Positions 1 through 14,500 of a DNA stretch of 64,000 bases are shown in pieces. The DNA comes from Macrostomum lignano. Taxonomy: Eukaryota. The translations under genes and the position numbers were made by a program. The stretch spans positions 323,919 through 387,918 of the forward strand of contig NIVC01001340.1 of the NCBI GenBank assembly GCA_002269645.1, read 5' to 3'. The notes beneath the pieces are model-generated. The model did no database searches, was not told the origin of the DNA, and saw only the letters and a program-made list of their open reading frames with translations. Position 1 is the stretch's first letter; the number at the start of each line of letters is the position of its first letter.

Positions 1-13
1 AGACGCTGAGTTC

Positions 14-2151
14 GTGCTAGATACCGATGCTTCTGGCGTGGCCATCTCCGGAGTTCTTCAAGAGCGCCGTGGAGGCAGGACGCAGGTGGTGGCGTACGGC
101 AGTCGCATTCTGTCCAAAGCAGAGAGAAATTACTGCACAACGAGGCGTGAGCTGCTGGCAATTGTGCACTTCGTCGGTCACTATCGCAGCTACTTGTTAG
201 GAAAAAGATTCACACTACGTACTGATCACGCCTCGCTGATCCATCTTCTGCGCTTTCGAGATCCCGATGGTCAGCTGGCACGGTGGCTGGATAAGCTAAG
301 CGAATTCGACTACCAGACGGAGTATCGCAAGGGCGAGAAACATGGAAATGCAGACGCACTTAGTCGGCGACCGTGTCGAAAAGGACCTTGCCTGTGCAGT
401 GGCTCTGCGCTCGCTGTCGAGTTCAATGACGACAGCGCGATTCGACGAGCACAGGCAGAGGATCGGTGCATGCAGAAGCTGGCGAACTGCTTGCGAGATG
501 GTCAACCACCGGATAAGGCAGAGACGGATGGCTGGAGCAATCGGCAGCGGCAACTGCTGTCCGAGTTTAAGCGGCTGACACTGGTGAACGGACTGCTGTG
601 CCGCCGATGGGAATCCGAAGATGGCAGCGCCTTTTGCCAGCAGCTGCTGGTGCCAGAGAGTCTACAGCGCGATGTTTTTGTCGAAGCTCATGCTGGAACG
701 AGCGGCAGCCACTGCGGACCGCAGAAGACCATTGAAAAGATCAGGGCGCGACTCTACTGGCCTGGAATGACAGCAGATGTGACTGACTGGTGTGCTGCGT
801 GCCTCGAATGCGCGACGCTGAAAGATTCTGGCCAGCACAGGCGGGCACCTCTACAGAGCATGGCGGTCGACTGGAAATGGACTTCATGGTGGGCCTGCCG
901 AGGACCGATCGTGGAAATTCAGTCATCCTGGTAGTCATCGACACCTTCAGCAAGTGGACTGAGGCCTTTCCACTGCCGTCTCAAGACGCTGAGACCACAG
1001 CCCGGACGTTTGTCAACGAGTGGGTGGCTCGCTTTGGAGTCCCGCAGTCGGTGCACACCGACCAGGGTCGGAACTGGGAGTCACAGCTGTTTCAAGAGAC
1101 GATGCGGCTGCTGAAAATCGACAAGACTCGGACGACAGGCTACCACCCTGAAGGAGACGGCGGTTGCGAACGGATGAACCGGACACTGGTACAGCTGTTG
1201 CGTGCATGGGTGAACGAGAATCAGCGAGACTGGGATCTTCATCTGCAGATTGCACTGATGGGCTACCGCACTTCAGTCCACAAGTCGACTGGTCAGACAC
1301 CTTCGGCGATGCATTTCGGCCGGGAACTGCGACTACCACTGGACTTGGCATACGGAGGTCTGGCGCCGGATAGGCAACGTCCTTGTGAATGGGTGGCCGA
1401 GCTGCGGAGCCGGCTGCAGACATCGCACGAGAGGGCGCGACAAAACTTAGAGGCAGCGCAACTGCACCAGAAGGCAGCGTACGACAGGAGGTGCCACGGC
1501 GAGGCATTCAGCGAGGACGATCTGGTCTGGCTGCACAATCCGGCGCTGAAGCGAGGCGAGAGCCGAAAATTTCATCGATGGTGGACTGGGCCATGGCGCG
1601 TTAAAAAGCAGATCTCAGACGTCACCTACCGCATTCAGCACGAGGCCAATGCACGACGGCGAAGGGTGGTGCATTTCAATCGCCTGAAGCCATGCAACAC
1701 GGCCAGTCCAGCTGCAGCACCTCAATTGCAACCAGCGGCGCAACTGCACAATCCTGACGAGGACGACCTGAGATTTGACGGTGTCCCAGCCGGCGCCCCA
1801 GCCGGCGTCCCAGCCGGCGCCCCAGCCGGCGCCCCAGCCGGCGCCCCAGCCGGCGCCCCAGCCGGCGCCCCAGTCGGCGCCCCGGTCGGCGCCCCAGCCG
1901 GCGCCCTAGCCGGCGCCCCAGCCGGCGCCCCAGCCGGCGCCCCAGCCGGCGCCCCAGTCGGCGCCATAGCCGGCGCCCCAGTCGGCGCCCCGGTCGGCGC
2001 CCCAGCCGGCGCCCAATCGGCGCCCCGGTCGGCGCCCCTGCTGATGTTCCAGAGCATCCTGAGCAGCCTGTATTGCGCCGAAGTGAGAGGGCCCGTGCCC
2101 CGCCAGAATTTTTTGGTGAAGTGTATACTCATTGAATGCAGATTTTCTTAG
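14..2151 (+). mobile_element. Ty3/Gypsy LTR retrotransposon pol fragment (RNase H, integrase), frameshifted
   Basis: RT/RNase H motifs (DASGVAISGVL, ELLAIV, TDH, NADALSR), integrase zinc finger (H..H..C..C), core (VIDTFSKW, DQG, EGDGGCERMNRTL) and GPF/Y-like WTGPW. Frame change near 870 between ORFs 14-934 and 790-2151. Confidence 0.93.
1785..2030 (+). repeat. 12-bp GC-rich tandem repeat (ccagccggcgcc), in-frame (PAGA)n at the integrase C-terminus
   Basis: About 20 near-identical units, directly visible. Confidence 0.9.
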
Positions 2152-2336
2152 AAATTTTTTTTTTGAAACATTGACATTGCTTAAGTTTATTTTAATTTCC
2201 TCTTTTATTTCCCTCAAATACTTATTCGTTCAAATATTCGATCACAATTCGTCGAACTCATACTCGTTACTTTTTTTAACACAACGAAAAATGCAGAAAG
2301 TGAGTGGAACACTTTTTTTTGAAAGAAGGAGAGCAT

Positions 2337-2501
2337 TGTAAGATGGTTTGCTTAGTTGATTGCGTGTGCGCACGTTCACTAGCTCTTATGTACATTTGCT
2401 CGCTGTACAATGATAATATATAAGTGAATGCCTTGGCGCCCTGGGCAGCCAAGAGTTGGTCTACGCCTTAAGCCAATTTCTCGTTTTCGTTTGTTCTTAC
2501 A
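2337..2501 (+). mobile_element. Putative 3' LTR (165 bp) of a Gypsy-type element
   Basis: TGTAAG...CTTACA inverted termini, preceded by a T-run and a polypurine tract (gaaagaaggagag). No partner LTR in the window. Confidence 0.6.
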
Positions 2502-3448
2502 GTACGATGTCGGGGTCGACAGCGGCAGCACCGGTCATCCGAACCCTCCGCCAGTGGTTCAGCATTCTCATCGCCATTCTCACCCGCCATTCTCGTCCGC
2601 ATAACTCAACGCCTTCTTGCGCAGCCAGGGCGTCCACCACCATCGGACTACGTCGTTACATCCGAAAGCCAACGGACTCGTAGAGCAATGCAACCGAAGC
2701 CTCAATAAGGCAATCAGAGCGGCGATCCTGGAAGGCAGCGACTGGCAGGTGGCACTGGACGACTACCTGGCCGCATACCGGCGAACACCGCACGCATCAA
2801 CCGGCATGGCCCCAGCCGACCTGCTATTCGGCCGACAGCTCAACGACACGATCCCAGGTTGCGCCACAACCGTCCCGTTGATGAGTCTCCCAGGTAGCCG
2901 ACGACGAGTGGCCGAGTGGCCCCGGGGAACGCGACAGCGGACAGAACAGCCGGCCGGATGAACCAAACGGCCTGCCGAGCCAACCGTCAACCAGGCCGAC
3001 GTCCCGCTCGCCAACGGGCCGCACCCCCGACAGGCCAAGAAGACGCCGAAACGCTACGAAGAGGGCGACCGGTGAAAGGCTCCGAACATCTGACAGCTGC
3101 GGAACAGCAGCAAGGACTGATCATTGACTCTAATGACTGACACTGAGTGCTCGATCGCGCGTAACATGAACCCAATGTTGTAACCCAACCCCACCCCGGG
3201 TTCCAATCCACCAGACGAGGGATGTAGCTAGATGCGCAGGCAGGCAGTTCGGGCACCTAGTTTGCACTCCGTGACCCCCACCCAGCCTATCCACTTCCAT
3301 CTGCTCGAGCACATCCCAACGCGCACTCAATGAATCGGATATCTGTGACCAGACAATAAATATACAGGCACAGCCACATTCTATATTTCTACACCTTTTT
3401 GAGTGGCTAACTAACACTCGCAATAACAAGCCAGAGTTGCTCGCTACA
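2502..3448 (+). mobile_element. Second Gypsy element: truncated, frameshifted integrase plus 3' LTR (3223-3448)
   Basis: HPKANGLVEQCNRSL...YRRTPHASTGMAPADLLFGR integrase core. Purine tract agacgaggga, then TGTAGC...GCTACA LTR containing AATAAA. Confidence 0.8.
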
Positions 3449-5536
3449 ATGTGCTGTTTCCATACATATTTATTCCTTTACATTTCCTTTACATACGCTC
3501 CCATGCAAAGCTATGTACATTTATTGTAATCAAATCCTAGGATGCACATCTGTGGTCTTTGTTTTTGAGGATATAAATTATATAGATGCAATTCCTTAAC
3601 AATAGCACCATAGAAATTACTGAAGATGCAAACACCTGTATATGGTAATAACATGCACTTTGGTCAAAATTCCGATGAAATTTAAATTTCTCAAACTGCT
3701 GCAACTGGGTTCAATTATTTTTATACTGTGATCGTAACCCACATGGTATATGTGCGTACGCTATCATAAAGCAAAACATTTTTGCCTTCCTTAAACTAAT
3801 TTTAACTGTAAGTATAATGCTCATTTGCAATAATAAGGTTGGTAAAATTCATTCTTGAACTGCGCTTGGTTTTTGAGCATTAGTTAATTTTTTTGTCTAT
3901 CATTTCGTATTTTTAGCACGATGTTTGTGTATGGCGGCAATATAAATTTTAAAATAAATAGAAACGTTTTTAAGAGTTCGCGCGACAACCATTTTTTTCT
4001 TTGCTAAATCATTCTACTGTTTTTGAATTGCTAAATATTATATAAAGCCTGCTGCCTGCTGTATACAAATATTAAAAAATAAAGCCGAAATTATCTCATA
4101 CTATATTTTATACATTGTGCAATATGGAAACATGTTTGGTCGTTTGACAGTCATGGGACTTCCAAAAACTTATTATAAAGGACAATAAATTAAAAAAACA
4201 GTCAAACTAAATTTTATTTGAATATATTTTGTTTTGGTGTCTGAACACATAAAATACATCTATATTATCATATTTGAATATATTTCAGATTATTAAATCT
4301 GAAAAATTAGATCTGAGTAGATCTAAGATTAGATCTGAAATTTCAGATTCAGATTATATCTGAATATTATTTTTATAATAATTCAGATTCAGAAATATAT
4401 CTGAATGCATTGTTGGCCCTGCGGGAGCTTTACTAAAATAATATTGGTGCTAGTTTTACAATTGCAACATTTAAATCCAACAAAATGCATACTTTTCTAG
4501 TTTTCTAGCAAAAAATCTATTGTTCAGCACCTAGGATGAAGTTCATCCTAAAAATAAATAATCAATAATGCATTCTATGCATTATTTTTCTTTAACTCTA
4601 AGGCAGCTTTAGTAAATTAACATTCTCACTAGAGCTACCATTGCAACATTTCTTTTCAACACACTTTTCTGGCAAAAACATCTATTGTTCTATGTGCTTT
4701 TCTTGGTCAAAATTTTCTTGTTTTATGAATTTGATGTATAAAATACAGTGTACACCTTGGTTTGGCATACCTTTCTTCAAGTTTCTTTGTCAATTTTTGT
4801 TCTGTGCACTTGATGTATTTATAAAGTATACCTAAGGCCAAAAATATATTAGAAATAAAGGGCTAAAGCAATTAACTAGGTCTTAATAATTTATTTTTGA
4901 TTCTAAGCTTGGCCTAATTAACTTAGGCTATTAATCAAAAGCTTTGAAAAATTAGCCCAATCAAGAATTTAACTATACAAGTCTTTTTTGCAATTAAAAT
5001 AGTTGATTTTGTTGGCAATCTCCTAGTTTATTTCATTACTTTTTTTAGTTTTTTCATATAGAATAGATAGAATCCAAGTAGTAAGCATATTATTAATGTC
5101 AAATCCATTAACAATATTAATAATAGTGAGCTACCTAATAAAAGAAGTTTCCAAAGACCTTTCCTAGAAATAGGCATTGCCATAGGCTCCCATGATTTCT
5201 AGACATATTTATTAAACCTGTGGCTCCTATAGGTAGATGTCAATATCCAAAAGCTTTGTGGTTGGTCTCATATCAGCTTCAGGGAGAATTGTGGCCAGTG
5301 CTCTAGGCCTTCTAGCCATTACAGAGTCAGCAAATTGGCTAGAAAGTTTGAAAAAGACTGAAAAATAATTTAATGCAATAAATTAGGACATTGCCATTTT
5401 GTTTAATATATATTTATTTGTATTTTATATTTAAAGCTAAGTGGACTAGCTAGGTTTAATGTGTTTCCTCTTAGATGGCTGCCAACTCCAATATAAAACT
5501 TGTATCTATAAATGTAGAATTTTCCTACGCAACATA

Positions 5537-6700
5537 TGAGGGGTGATCAAAAAGTTCTGCAACTGACTTCACAACTCAGTGCTATAGCAGCCGAGGTGTC
5601 TAATCAGTGTCATATTCCCTCAAAGTACTTTCCACCACTATCTATGCATCGTCGCATGCGTGTGCACCATGTCTGAAAGCAGTCATGGTATTCCAATGTT
5701 GGTATACCCTGTAGAGCTGAATGTACTGCTTGGGCAAGGTCTTGCATGCGTGAAAACGGCCTCCCAGAAATGATGGATTCGATCTTCGGGAACAGCCTAA
5801 AGTTGCACAGTGCTAGGTCTAGAGAGTAGGGTGGATGGGGCAGCAGCTGGACCCCCTGCTGCTCCAGGTAATCCATAGTTCAGGCCGCTCTATGCAGTGC
5901 CACATTGTCATGATGCAGCAGGAGTCGAGGTCCATGCCTGGTTCACACACATTCCTGTTGCTCCTGCAGCACGCCTGGCAGAACAGTGTCTGTGTAGTAC
6001 CTGGCAGTCACTGTGGCACCCACTGGAAGGATTTTCACTGCTACAACACCCTGAGAGTTGAAAAAATGGTGAACATCCACTTCCGACTGCGGAATCTGGT
6101 CTTCAGCACCCCAGGCCTTGGCTCATCTTCTGCTAGCCAGACCATGTTGGACTGCTTATCCTTCATGGTAAAAGAAGGAGATCCAACATTTGTCTCCTGT
6201 GATGACATCCAAAAGTTGTCATGGGCCGTGGGGCTCAAACATTTGTAGCCACAAGCGACAGATGCGCACCCTCTCTGCTTGCTACTCCGGAGTAAGAAGA
6301 TGGGATACCTATCGAGCGCAAGTCTTTGTGCAGCCTAGTTGCTCATGCATGATGTTATGAGCACTTCCATAGCTGACACCAAGCTCATAGGCAATGAATC
6401 TCAGCATAATGCTCCAATCCTCACAAATTATTGTATTCAGCATGGGCCATGACATCTTCTGTCACAGATGTCTGGGGTCTGCCAGACCTCGGTTCATCAT
6501 TGAAGCTGTCCCAGCCTTCCAAGAAATGGCGCAGCCAGCGGGCAACTGTGTCAAATGATGGAGCAGAGTCAGCTAAAACATTCACCAGATTGGTGTAAAT
6601 CTCAGTCACTTTGCAACCAAGTTGCATGCACATAAAGATATAGAAGCAAACGCTGTCTTTTGATATTTCCATCAGCTACTGAAAACACATGAAAAATATA
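5537..6700 (-). mobile_element. Decayed Tc1/mariner transposon (transposase pseudogene)
   Basis: Fragments with HTH (FNDEPRSGRP), catalytic region and C-terminal HPPYSLDLA...RMRRCIDSGGKYFE. One mariner-like TIR (TA-tgaggggtgatcaaaaagt) at 5535; partner TIR not found. Confidence 0.85.
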
Positions 6701-6999
6701 TGGCTATGAAATTTTACTGGAGCACATTTGGAAGCCAAAAATGCATATAAATATAGCAAACAGATATAGCCGCATATGTGTAAGTTTTCGCCTTTCGGCT
6801 TTAAATATAAAAACAAAAGCATAGCATTGAAGAAACAATTTCTATACTTTCAACTTTTTGCAAATATTGTAGTCATTTGGAGTCAGAGATAAAGTTGGAG
6901 GGTTGCATATGCACATTCAAGCCAGCTATCATTTGATTAATTTCAGTAATGGAAGAGATAGGTGACAAATTTCGATTGGTTTCATTATTGGTGCCTTTA

Positions 7000-7660
7000 G
7001 TCATTCAGATAAGAGAGAAAGGAGAAGAGAGGAGAGATGATATAAAAGAGAGTAGATATACAAGCTTACTTAGCAACATTGATTGAAAAGTAGCCAATCT
7101 ATATACCAGTGAGAAATTTCTCTTGGACTATTCTGAAACAAAAGATGTGAGAAAGAGACTTTACCTGCACTCTCAAAAGAGGTGATCATGGATGGAATCT
7201 TCTGTGATGGCAACTTTTCAATGTTGCTGAGTATATAAAAGAGGGGAGAGAAAAAAGGAAAGACAATAGAGTAGAGAGGAGAGACAAGAAAGAAGAGAGG
7301 AGATAGGATATGGTAGTGAGGAGAGAGGAAAGATGAGACATGAGAAAGGAGAGGGTAGAGAGAATATAGGAGATATGAAAAATGAGAGCACAGAAGAGAG
7401 AGAGAAAAGAGAAAAGGGAGAGAGAGAGAGAGGACAGGGTAGAGGAGAGACAACATATAAGAGAGTAGGGATTAGAGATTAGAGATTAGAAGAGGAAAGT
7501 AAAGAGAGAGAGAGAGAGAGAGAGATAGAGGAAATAGAGAGGATAGGATAGAGGAGAGACAATAGATAAGAGAATAGAGATGAGATGACAGAGCAGAGAA
7601 GAGGGGAGAGATGAGAGTAGAGATGAGAGTGCAGAAAGGAGAGAGCAAATAAGTTTTAAA
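7000..7660. repeat. AG-rich low-complexity sequence
   Basis: Runs of gaga/gagag. Confidence 0.8.
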
Positions 7661-8527
7661 GGACCCAAGGGACATAGAGGCAGATGCCAGAAGCCAGAGT
7701 TTGCCAATGCCATGCTTTAGACAGGCATTGTCTGACAGACATTGGCAAGCTAGCCAAAGAGATCAATGCCTGCCTCAAATCTTTATTTAAGACGAATTTA
7801 CTCCATTTTTATGTCTATCCTAACTATTAACAAGCTTTTGTTTGAAAATTATTTTATATTTTAGAGGATTTAGAAAATGGGATTCAGCTGACTGATTTCA
7901 GTGAATTGAATTCTGTCGATAGAAGTTCTATCCCCTTTCTCCTCCAATGGAAGAGTTGGCCTTGTATATTATAAAGATTATCTAATATAGGTAATACATT
8001 GTACTATATGCCTTTAAGTTTTAGATAAATAAAACTTTAACTATTGTAAATGTAGTGTATAATATTTTGGATTCCAGTCACTTTGTCTGCCATCAACTTA
8101 TCAATTTGCAGACAAGTCGACTCCATCTGAAAAGTAGAGAACACAAGTTGGTATATAGTTAACCTAATATTAGTAAAATTATACAAAAAGACGTGTATAG
8201 GTGATTGATGTTTCTTATTTATAGGGACTCTATATTTCATTTTAAGAGTTAATGATTTATAATCATTAGGATTATTGCCATTTAGAGTCCTTTATCAATT
8301 CTCAAATTTGATCAATTGTAAACACAGAGTCTGCAGACTTTTGAAACTTCTGTAGGTCAGAGAGTCAGCAGTGTAAAGGGCTGTTCTAACATTGACCAAT
8401 ATATTTATAATCTAGCAGTTATTATGCAACTTCACTGAGCCATATATTAATTATAAATGTCAAGAGTTCTATGCAATGTAAATGCATTTTACATTCTTTC
8501 ATGCCACAGAGTTGAAACTATTCAACA

Positions 8528-11500
8528 ATGGAAAACTGGGAAAGAGTTTCTTATGGAAAAAAGAAGGACAAGTTGAACAAGCATGATAAGAAGAAAATTA
8601 ACGAAAATATGCTTCGTGTGGAAGATCTTGGTAAGCTATTTGTTTATTAATTTAATGTTGATAAATTAATCAATCAATTATTATTAAATTCATTAACACT
8701 TTGCCACTATTGCGTAGCGACTAAGTATTAGTTTAGTTGAATAGTACATGCATTGGACATATGGGTTCTTTTCTAAGCGTGTTTTCCTTTTATTTCTACT
8801 GTCAGTAGAGTATTAAACAAAAGTTTAGTATAATTTATAAGGTATTTTGGTTGTATGACTGTATTTTAATTAATTAATGAGCTATAGACAGCTCATGTAT
8901 TTTCTTCTCAACTGCTAGTTATTCTAATTGTTGAATAATTATCCAGATCACGTGGCCAGATCGTCAATCTACCTGGCTGGAGGCGAAGGGCTAGACCTTG
9001 CTGCCTATGCCGAGGCCAATGGCGCCGGAGGTGCCAGTAGAAGCAATGGCGCCGGAAATCAAGGCTCACCTGCCAAAGCCAGGCAGCAGCAGCAGTCTTC
9101 TGGGAGCAAGACTCAAAGTAGCAATGGAGGCTCTGCTAAAAGACCACCGGCTAACAATACTGAAGCGCTGCAGGCTGTAAGTATAAGATTAGACTAGAAT
9201 GTATGTGTCAGGTAAACTCTGGCTGGATGCAGCTGAACTGTATATGTATCTTCAGGTCTTAGACAGATTATATGACAGTTAACTGTCTAATACAATCCTG
9301 CTAGGCAGGGTCAGGTGTCTAATAGAATCCTGCTAGACAGGGTCAGGTGTCTAATAGTCCTGCTAGGCAGGGTCAGGTGTCTAATACAATCCTGCAAGGC
9401 AGGGTCAGGTGTCTAATACAATCCTGCTAGGCAGGGTCAGGTGTCTAATACAATCCTGCTAGGCAGGGTCAGGTGTCTAATACAATCCTGCTAGGCAGGG
9501 TCAGGTGTCTAATACAATCCTGCTAGGCAGGGTCAGGTGTCTAATACAATCCTGCTAGGCAGGGTCAGGTGTCTAATACAATCCTGCTAGGCAGGGTCAG
9601 GTGTCTAATACAATCCTGCTAGGCAGGGTCAGGTGTCTAATACAATCCTGCTAGACAGGGTCAGGTGTCTAATACAATCCTGCTAGACAGGGTCAGGTGT
9701 CTAATACAATCCTGCTAGGCAGGGTCAGGTGTCTAATACAATCCTGCTAGGCAGGGTCAGGTGTCTAATACAATCCTGCTAGGCAGGGTCAGGTGTCTAA
9801 TACAATACTGCTAGACAGGGTCAGGTGTCTAATACAATCCTGCTAGACAGGGTCAGGTGTCTAATACAATCCTGCTAGGCAGGGTCAGGTGTCTAATACA
9901 ATCCTGCTAGGCAGGGTCAGGTGTCTAATACAATCCTGCTAGACAGGGTCAGGTGTCTAATACAATCCTGCTAGGCAGGGTCAGGTGTCTAATACAATCC
10001 TGCTAGGCAGGGTCAGGTGTCTAATACAATCCTGCTAGACAGGGTCAGGTGTCTAATACAATCCTGCTAGGCAGGGTCAGGTGTCTAATACAATCCTGCT
10101 AGGCAGGGTCAGGTGTCTAATACAATCCTGCTAGGCAGGGTCAGGTGTCTAATACAATCCTGCTAGACAGGGTCAGGTGTCTAATACAATCCTGCTAGAC
10201 AGGGTCAGGTGTCTAATACAATCCTGCTAGACAGGGTCAGGTGTCTAATACAATCCTGCTAGGCAGGGTCAGGTGTCTAATACAATCCTGCTAGGCAGGG
10301 TCAGGTGTCTAATACAATCCTGCTAGGCAGGGTCAGGTGTCTAATACAATACTGCTAGACAGGGTCAGGTGTCTAATACAATCCTGCTAGACAGGGTCAG
10401 GTGTCTAATACAATCCTGCTAGGCAGGGTCAGGTGTCTAATACAATCCTGCTAGGCAGGGTCAGGTGTCTAATACAATCCTGCTAGACAGGGTCAGGTGT
10501 CTAATACAATCCTGCTAGGCAGGGTCAGGTGTCTAATACAATCCTGCTAGGCAGGGTCAGGTGTCTAATACAATCCTGCTAGACAGGGTCAGGTGTCTAA
10601 TACAATCCTGCTAGGCAGGGTCAGGTGTCTAATACAATCCTGCTAGGCAGGGTCAGGTGTCTAATACAATCCTGCTAGACAGGGTCAGGTGTCTAATACA
10701 ATCCTGCTAGGCAGGGTCAGGTGTCTAATACAATCCTGCTAGGCAGGGTCAGGTGTCTAATACAATCCTGCTAGACAGGGTCAGGTGTCTAACACAATCC
10801 TGCTAGGCAGGATCAGGTGTCTAATACAATCCTGCTAGACAGGGTCAGGTGTCTAATACAATCCTGCTAGACAGGGTCAGGTGTCTAATACAATCCTGCT
10901 AGACAGGGTCAGGTGTCTAATACAATCCTGCTAGGCAGGGTCAGGTGTCTAATACAATCCTGCTAGGCAGGGTCAGGTGTCTAATACAATCCTGCTAGGC
11001 AGGGTCAGGTGTCTAATACAATCCTGCTAGACAGGGTCAGGTGTCTAATACAATCCTGCTAGACAGGGTCAGGTGTCTAATACAATCCTGCTAGACAGGG
11101 TCAGGTGTCTAATACAATCCTGCTAGACAGGGTCAGGTGTCTAATACAATCCTGCTAGGCAGGGTCAGGTGTCTAATACAATCCTGCAAGGCAGGGTCAG
11201 GTGTCTAATACAATCCTGCAAGGCAGGGTCAGGTGTCTAATACAATCCTGCTAGACAGGGTCAGGTGTCTAATACAATCCTGCTAGGCAGGGTCAGGTGT
11301 CTAATACAATCCTGCAAGGCAGGGTCAGGTGTCTAATACAATCCTGCTAGGCAGGGTCAGGTGTCTAATACAATCCTGCTAGGCAGGGTCAGGTGTCTAA
11401 TACAATCCTGCTAGACAGGGTCAGGTGTCTAATACAATCCTGCTAGACAGGGTCAGGTGTCTAATACAATCCTGCTAGACAGGGTCAGGTGTCTAATACA

Positions 11501-14500
11501 ATCCTGCTAGGCAGGGTCAGGTGTCTAATACAATCCTGCTAGGCAGGGTCAGGTGTCTAATACAATCCTGCTAGGCAGGGTCAGGTGTCTAATACAATAC
11601 TGCTAGACAGGGTCAGGTGTCTAATACAATCCTGCTAGACAGGGTCAGGTGTCTAATACAATCCTGCTAGGCAGGGTCAGGTGTCTAATACAATCCTGCT
11701 AGGCAGGGTCAGGTGTCTAATACAATCCTGCTAGACAGGGTCAGGTGTCTAATACAATCCTGCTAGGCAGGGTCAGGTGTCTAATACAATCCTGCTAGGC
11801 AGGGTCAGGTGTCTAATACAATCCTGCTAGACAGGGTCAGGTGTCTAATACAATCCTGCTAGGCAGGGTCAGGTGTCTAATACAATCCTGCTAGGCAGGG
11901 TCAGGTGTCTAATACAATCCTGCTAGACAGGGTCAGGTGTCTAATACAATCCTGCTAGGCAGGGTCAGGTGTCTAATACAATCCTGCTAGGCAGGGTCAG
12001 GTGTCTAATACAATCCTGCTAGACAGGGTCAGGTGTCTAACACAATCCTGCTAGGCAGGATCAGGTGTCTAATACAATCCTGCTAGACAGGGTCAGGTGT
12101 CTAATACAATCCTGCTAGACAGGGTCAGGTGTCTAATACAATCCTGCTAGACAGGGTCAGGTGTCTAATACAATCCTGCTAGGCAGGGTCAGGTGTCTAA
12201 TACAATCCTGCTAGGCAGGGTCAGGTGTCTAATACAATCCTGCTAGACAGGGTCAGGTGTCTAATACAATCCTGCTAGACAGGGTCAGGTGTCTAATACA
12301 ATCCTGCTAGACAGGGTCAGGTGTCTAATACAATCCTGCTAGGCAGGGTCAGGTGTCTAATACAATCCTGCTAGGCAGGGTCAGGTGTCTAATACAATCC
12401 TGCTAGGCAGGGTCAGGTGTCTAATACAATCCTGCAAGGCAGGGTCAGGTGTCTAATACAATCCTGCAAGGCAGGGTCAGGTGTCTAATACAATCCTGCT
12501 AGACAGGGTCAGGTGTCTAATACAATCCTGCTAGGCAGGGTCAGGTGTCTAATACAATCCTGCAAGGCAGGGTCAGGTGTCTAATACAATCCTGCTAGGC
12601 AGGGTCAGGTGTCTAATACAATACTGCTAGACAGGGTCAGGTGTCTAATACAATCCTGCTAGGCAGGGTCAGGTGTCTAACACAATCCTGCTAGGCAGGA
12701 TCAGGTGTCTAATACAATCCTGCTAGACAGGGTCAGGTGTCTAATACAATCCTGCTAGACAGGGTCAGGTGTCTAATACAATCCTGCTAGACAGGGTCAG
12801 GTGTCTAATACAATCCTGCTAGACAGGGTCAGGTGTCTAATACAATCCTGCTAGGCAGGGTCAGGTGTCTAATACAATCCTGCTAGGCAGGGTCAGGTGT
12901 CTAATACAATCCTGCTAGGCAGGGTCAGGTGTCTAATACAATCCTGCTAGACAGGGTCAGGTGTCTAATACAATCCTGCTAGGCAGGGTCAGGTGTCTAA
13001 TACAATCCTGCTAGGCAGGGTCAGGTGTCTAATACAATCCTGCTAGACAGGGTCAGGTGTCTAATACAATCCTGCTAGGCAGGGTCAGGTGTCTAATACA
13101 ATCCTGCTAGACAGGGTCAGGTGTCTAATACAATCCTGCTAGGCAGGGTCAGGTGTCTAATACAATCCTGCTAGACAGGGTCAGGTGTCTAATACAATCC
13201 TGCTAGGCAGGGTCAGGAGTCTAACACAATCCTGCTAGGCAGGATCAGGTGTCTAATACAATCCTGCTAGACAGGGTCAGGTGTCTAATACAATCCTGCT
13301 AGACAGGGTCAGGTGTCTAATACAATCCTGCTAGACAGGGTCAGGTGTCTAATACAATCCTGCTAGGCAGGGTCAGGTGTCTAATACAATCCTGCTAGGC
13401 AGGGTCAGGTGTCTAATACAATCCTGCTAGACAGGGTCAGGTGTCTAATACAATCCTGCTAGGCAGGGTCAGGTGTCTAATACAATCCTGCTAGGCAGGG
13501 TCAGGTGTCTAATACAATCCTGCTAGGCAGGGTCAGGTGTCTAATACAATCCTGCTAGGCAGGGTCAGGTGTCTAATACAATCCTGCTAGGCAGGGTCAG
13601 GTGTCTAATACAATCCTGCTAGACAGGGTCAGGTGTCTAATACAATCCTGCTAGACAGGGTCAGGTGTCTAATACAATCCTGCTAGGCAGGGTCAGGTGT
13701 CTAATACAATCCTGGTAGCAACAATTTCATATTGAAACCGATCCGCTGTGCCTCGCAGGTCTCCCCAGCCAGACTTGAGCGGGCCCTGGAACAGTCTCGC
13801 AATACGATTCCTGATTCGCCACTGGCCTGGCTAGTTGACATCTGCGCTATTATCGATCTGGACATGGTCTACGATAAAAAAGAGGATTGGACTCGAACGG
13901 ATCTTAGTGAGTTGCAGTTTTTTTAATAATATTTATCATACGCAAAATAAAAAAACTTCATATAAATTCAAGGTTTCTTTCCGAGAAAACCTCTTAAAAT
14001 TCGCCTACTAATGATACGAGTATCAATGGCCCCTCTAGAGAGTCTAGACAGTCAACAATATCCCTCAAAATCGCCCCCTAAACAGTCAACAATATCCCCC
14101 GAAATCGCCTTCTAAACAGTCAACAATATCCCCCGAAATCGCCCCCTAAACAGTCAACAATATCCCCCGAAATCGCCCCCTAAACAGTCAACAATATCCC
14201 CCGAAATCGGCTCTAAACAGTCAACAATATCCCCCGAAATCGCCCTCTAAACAGTCAACAATATCCCCCGAAATCGCCTTCTAAACAGTCAACAATATCC
14301 CCCGAAATCGCCTTCTAAACAGTCAACAATATCCCCCCGAAATCGCCCTTTTAACAGTCAACAATATCCCCCGAAATCGCCCTTTTAACAGTCAACAATA
14401 TCCCCAAAATCGCCCTCTAGACAGTCAATAATATCCCCAAAATCGCCCTCAAAACAGTAAACAATTTCCAAAATCGCCCTCTAAATATTGGGGATCAACA

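Noticed and set aside
9288-13714. CRISPR-like array (32-bp repeats)
   Set aside because: No unique spacers, intronic location in a eukaryotic gene, and no cas genes.
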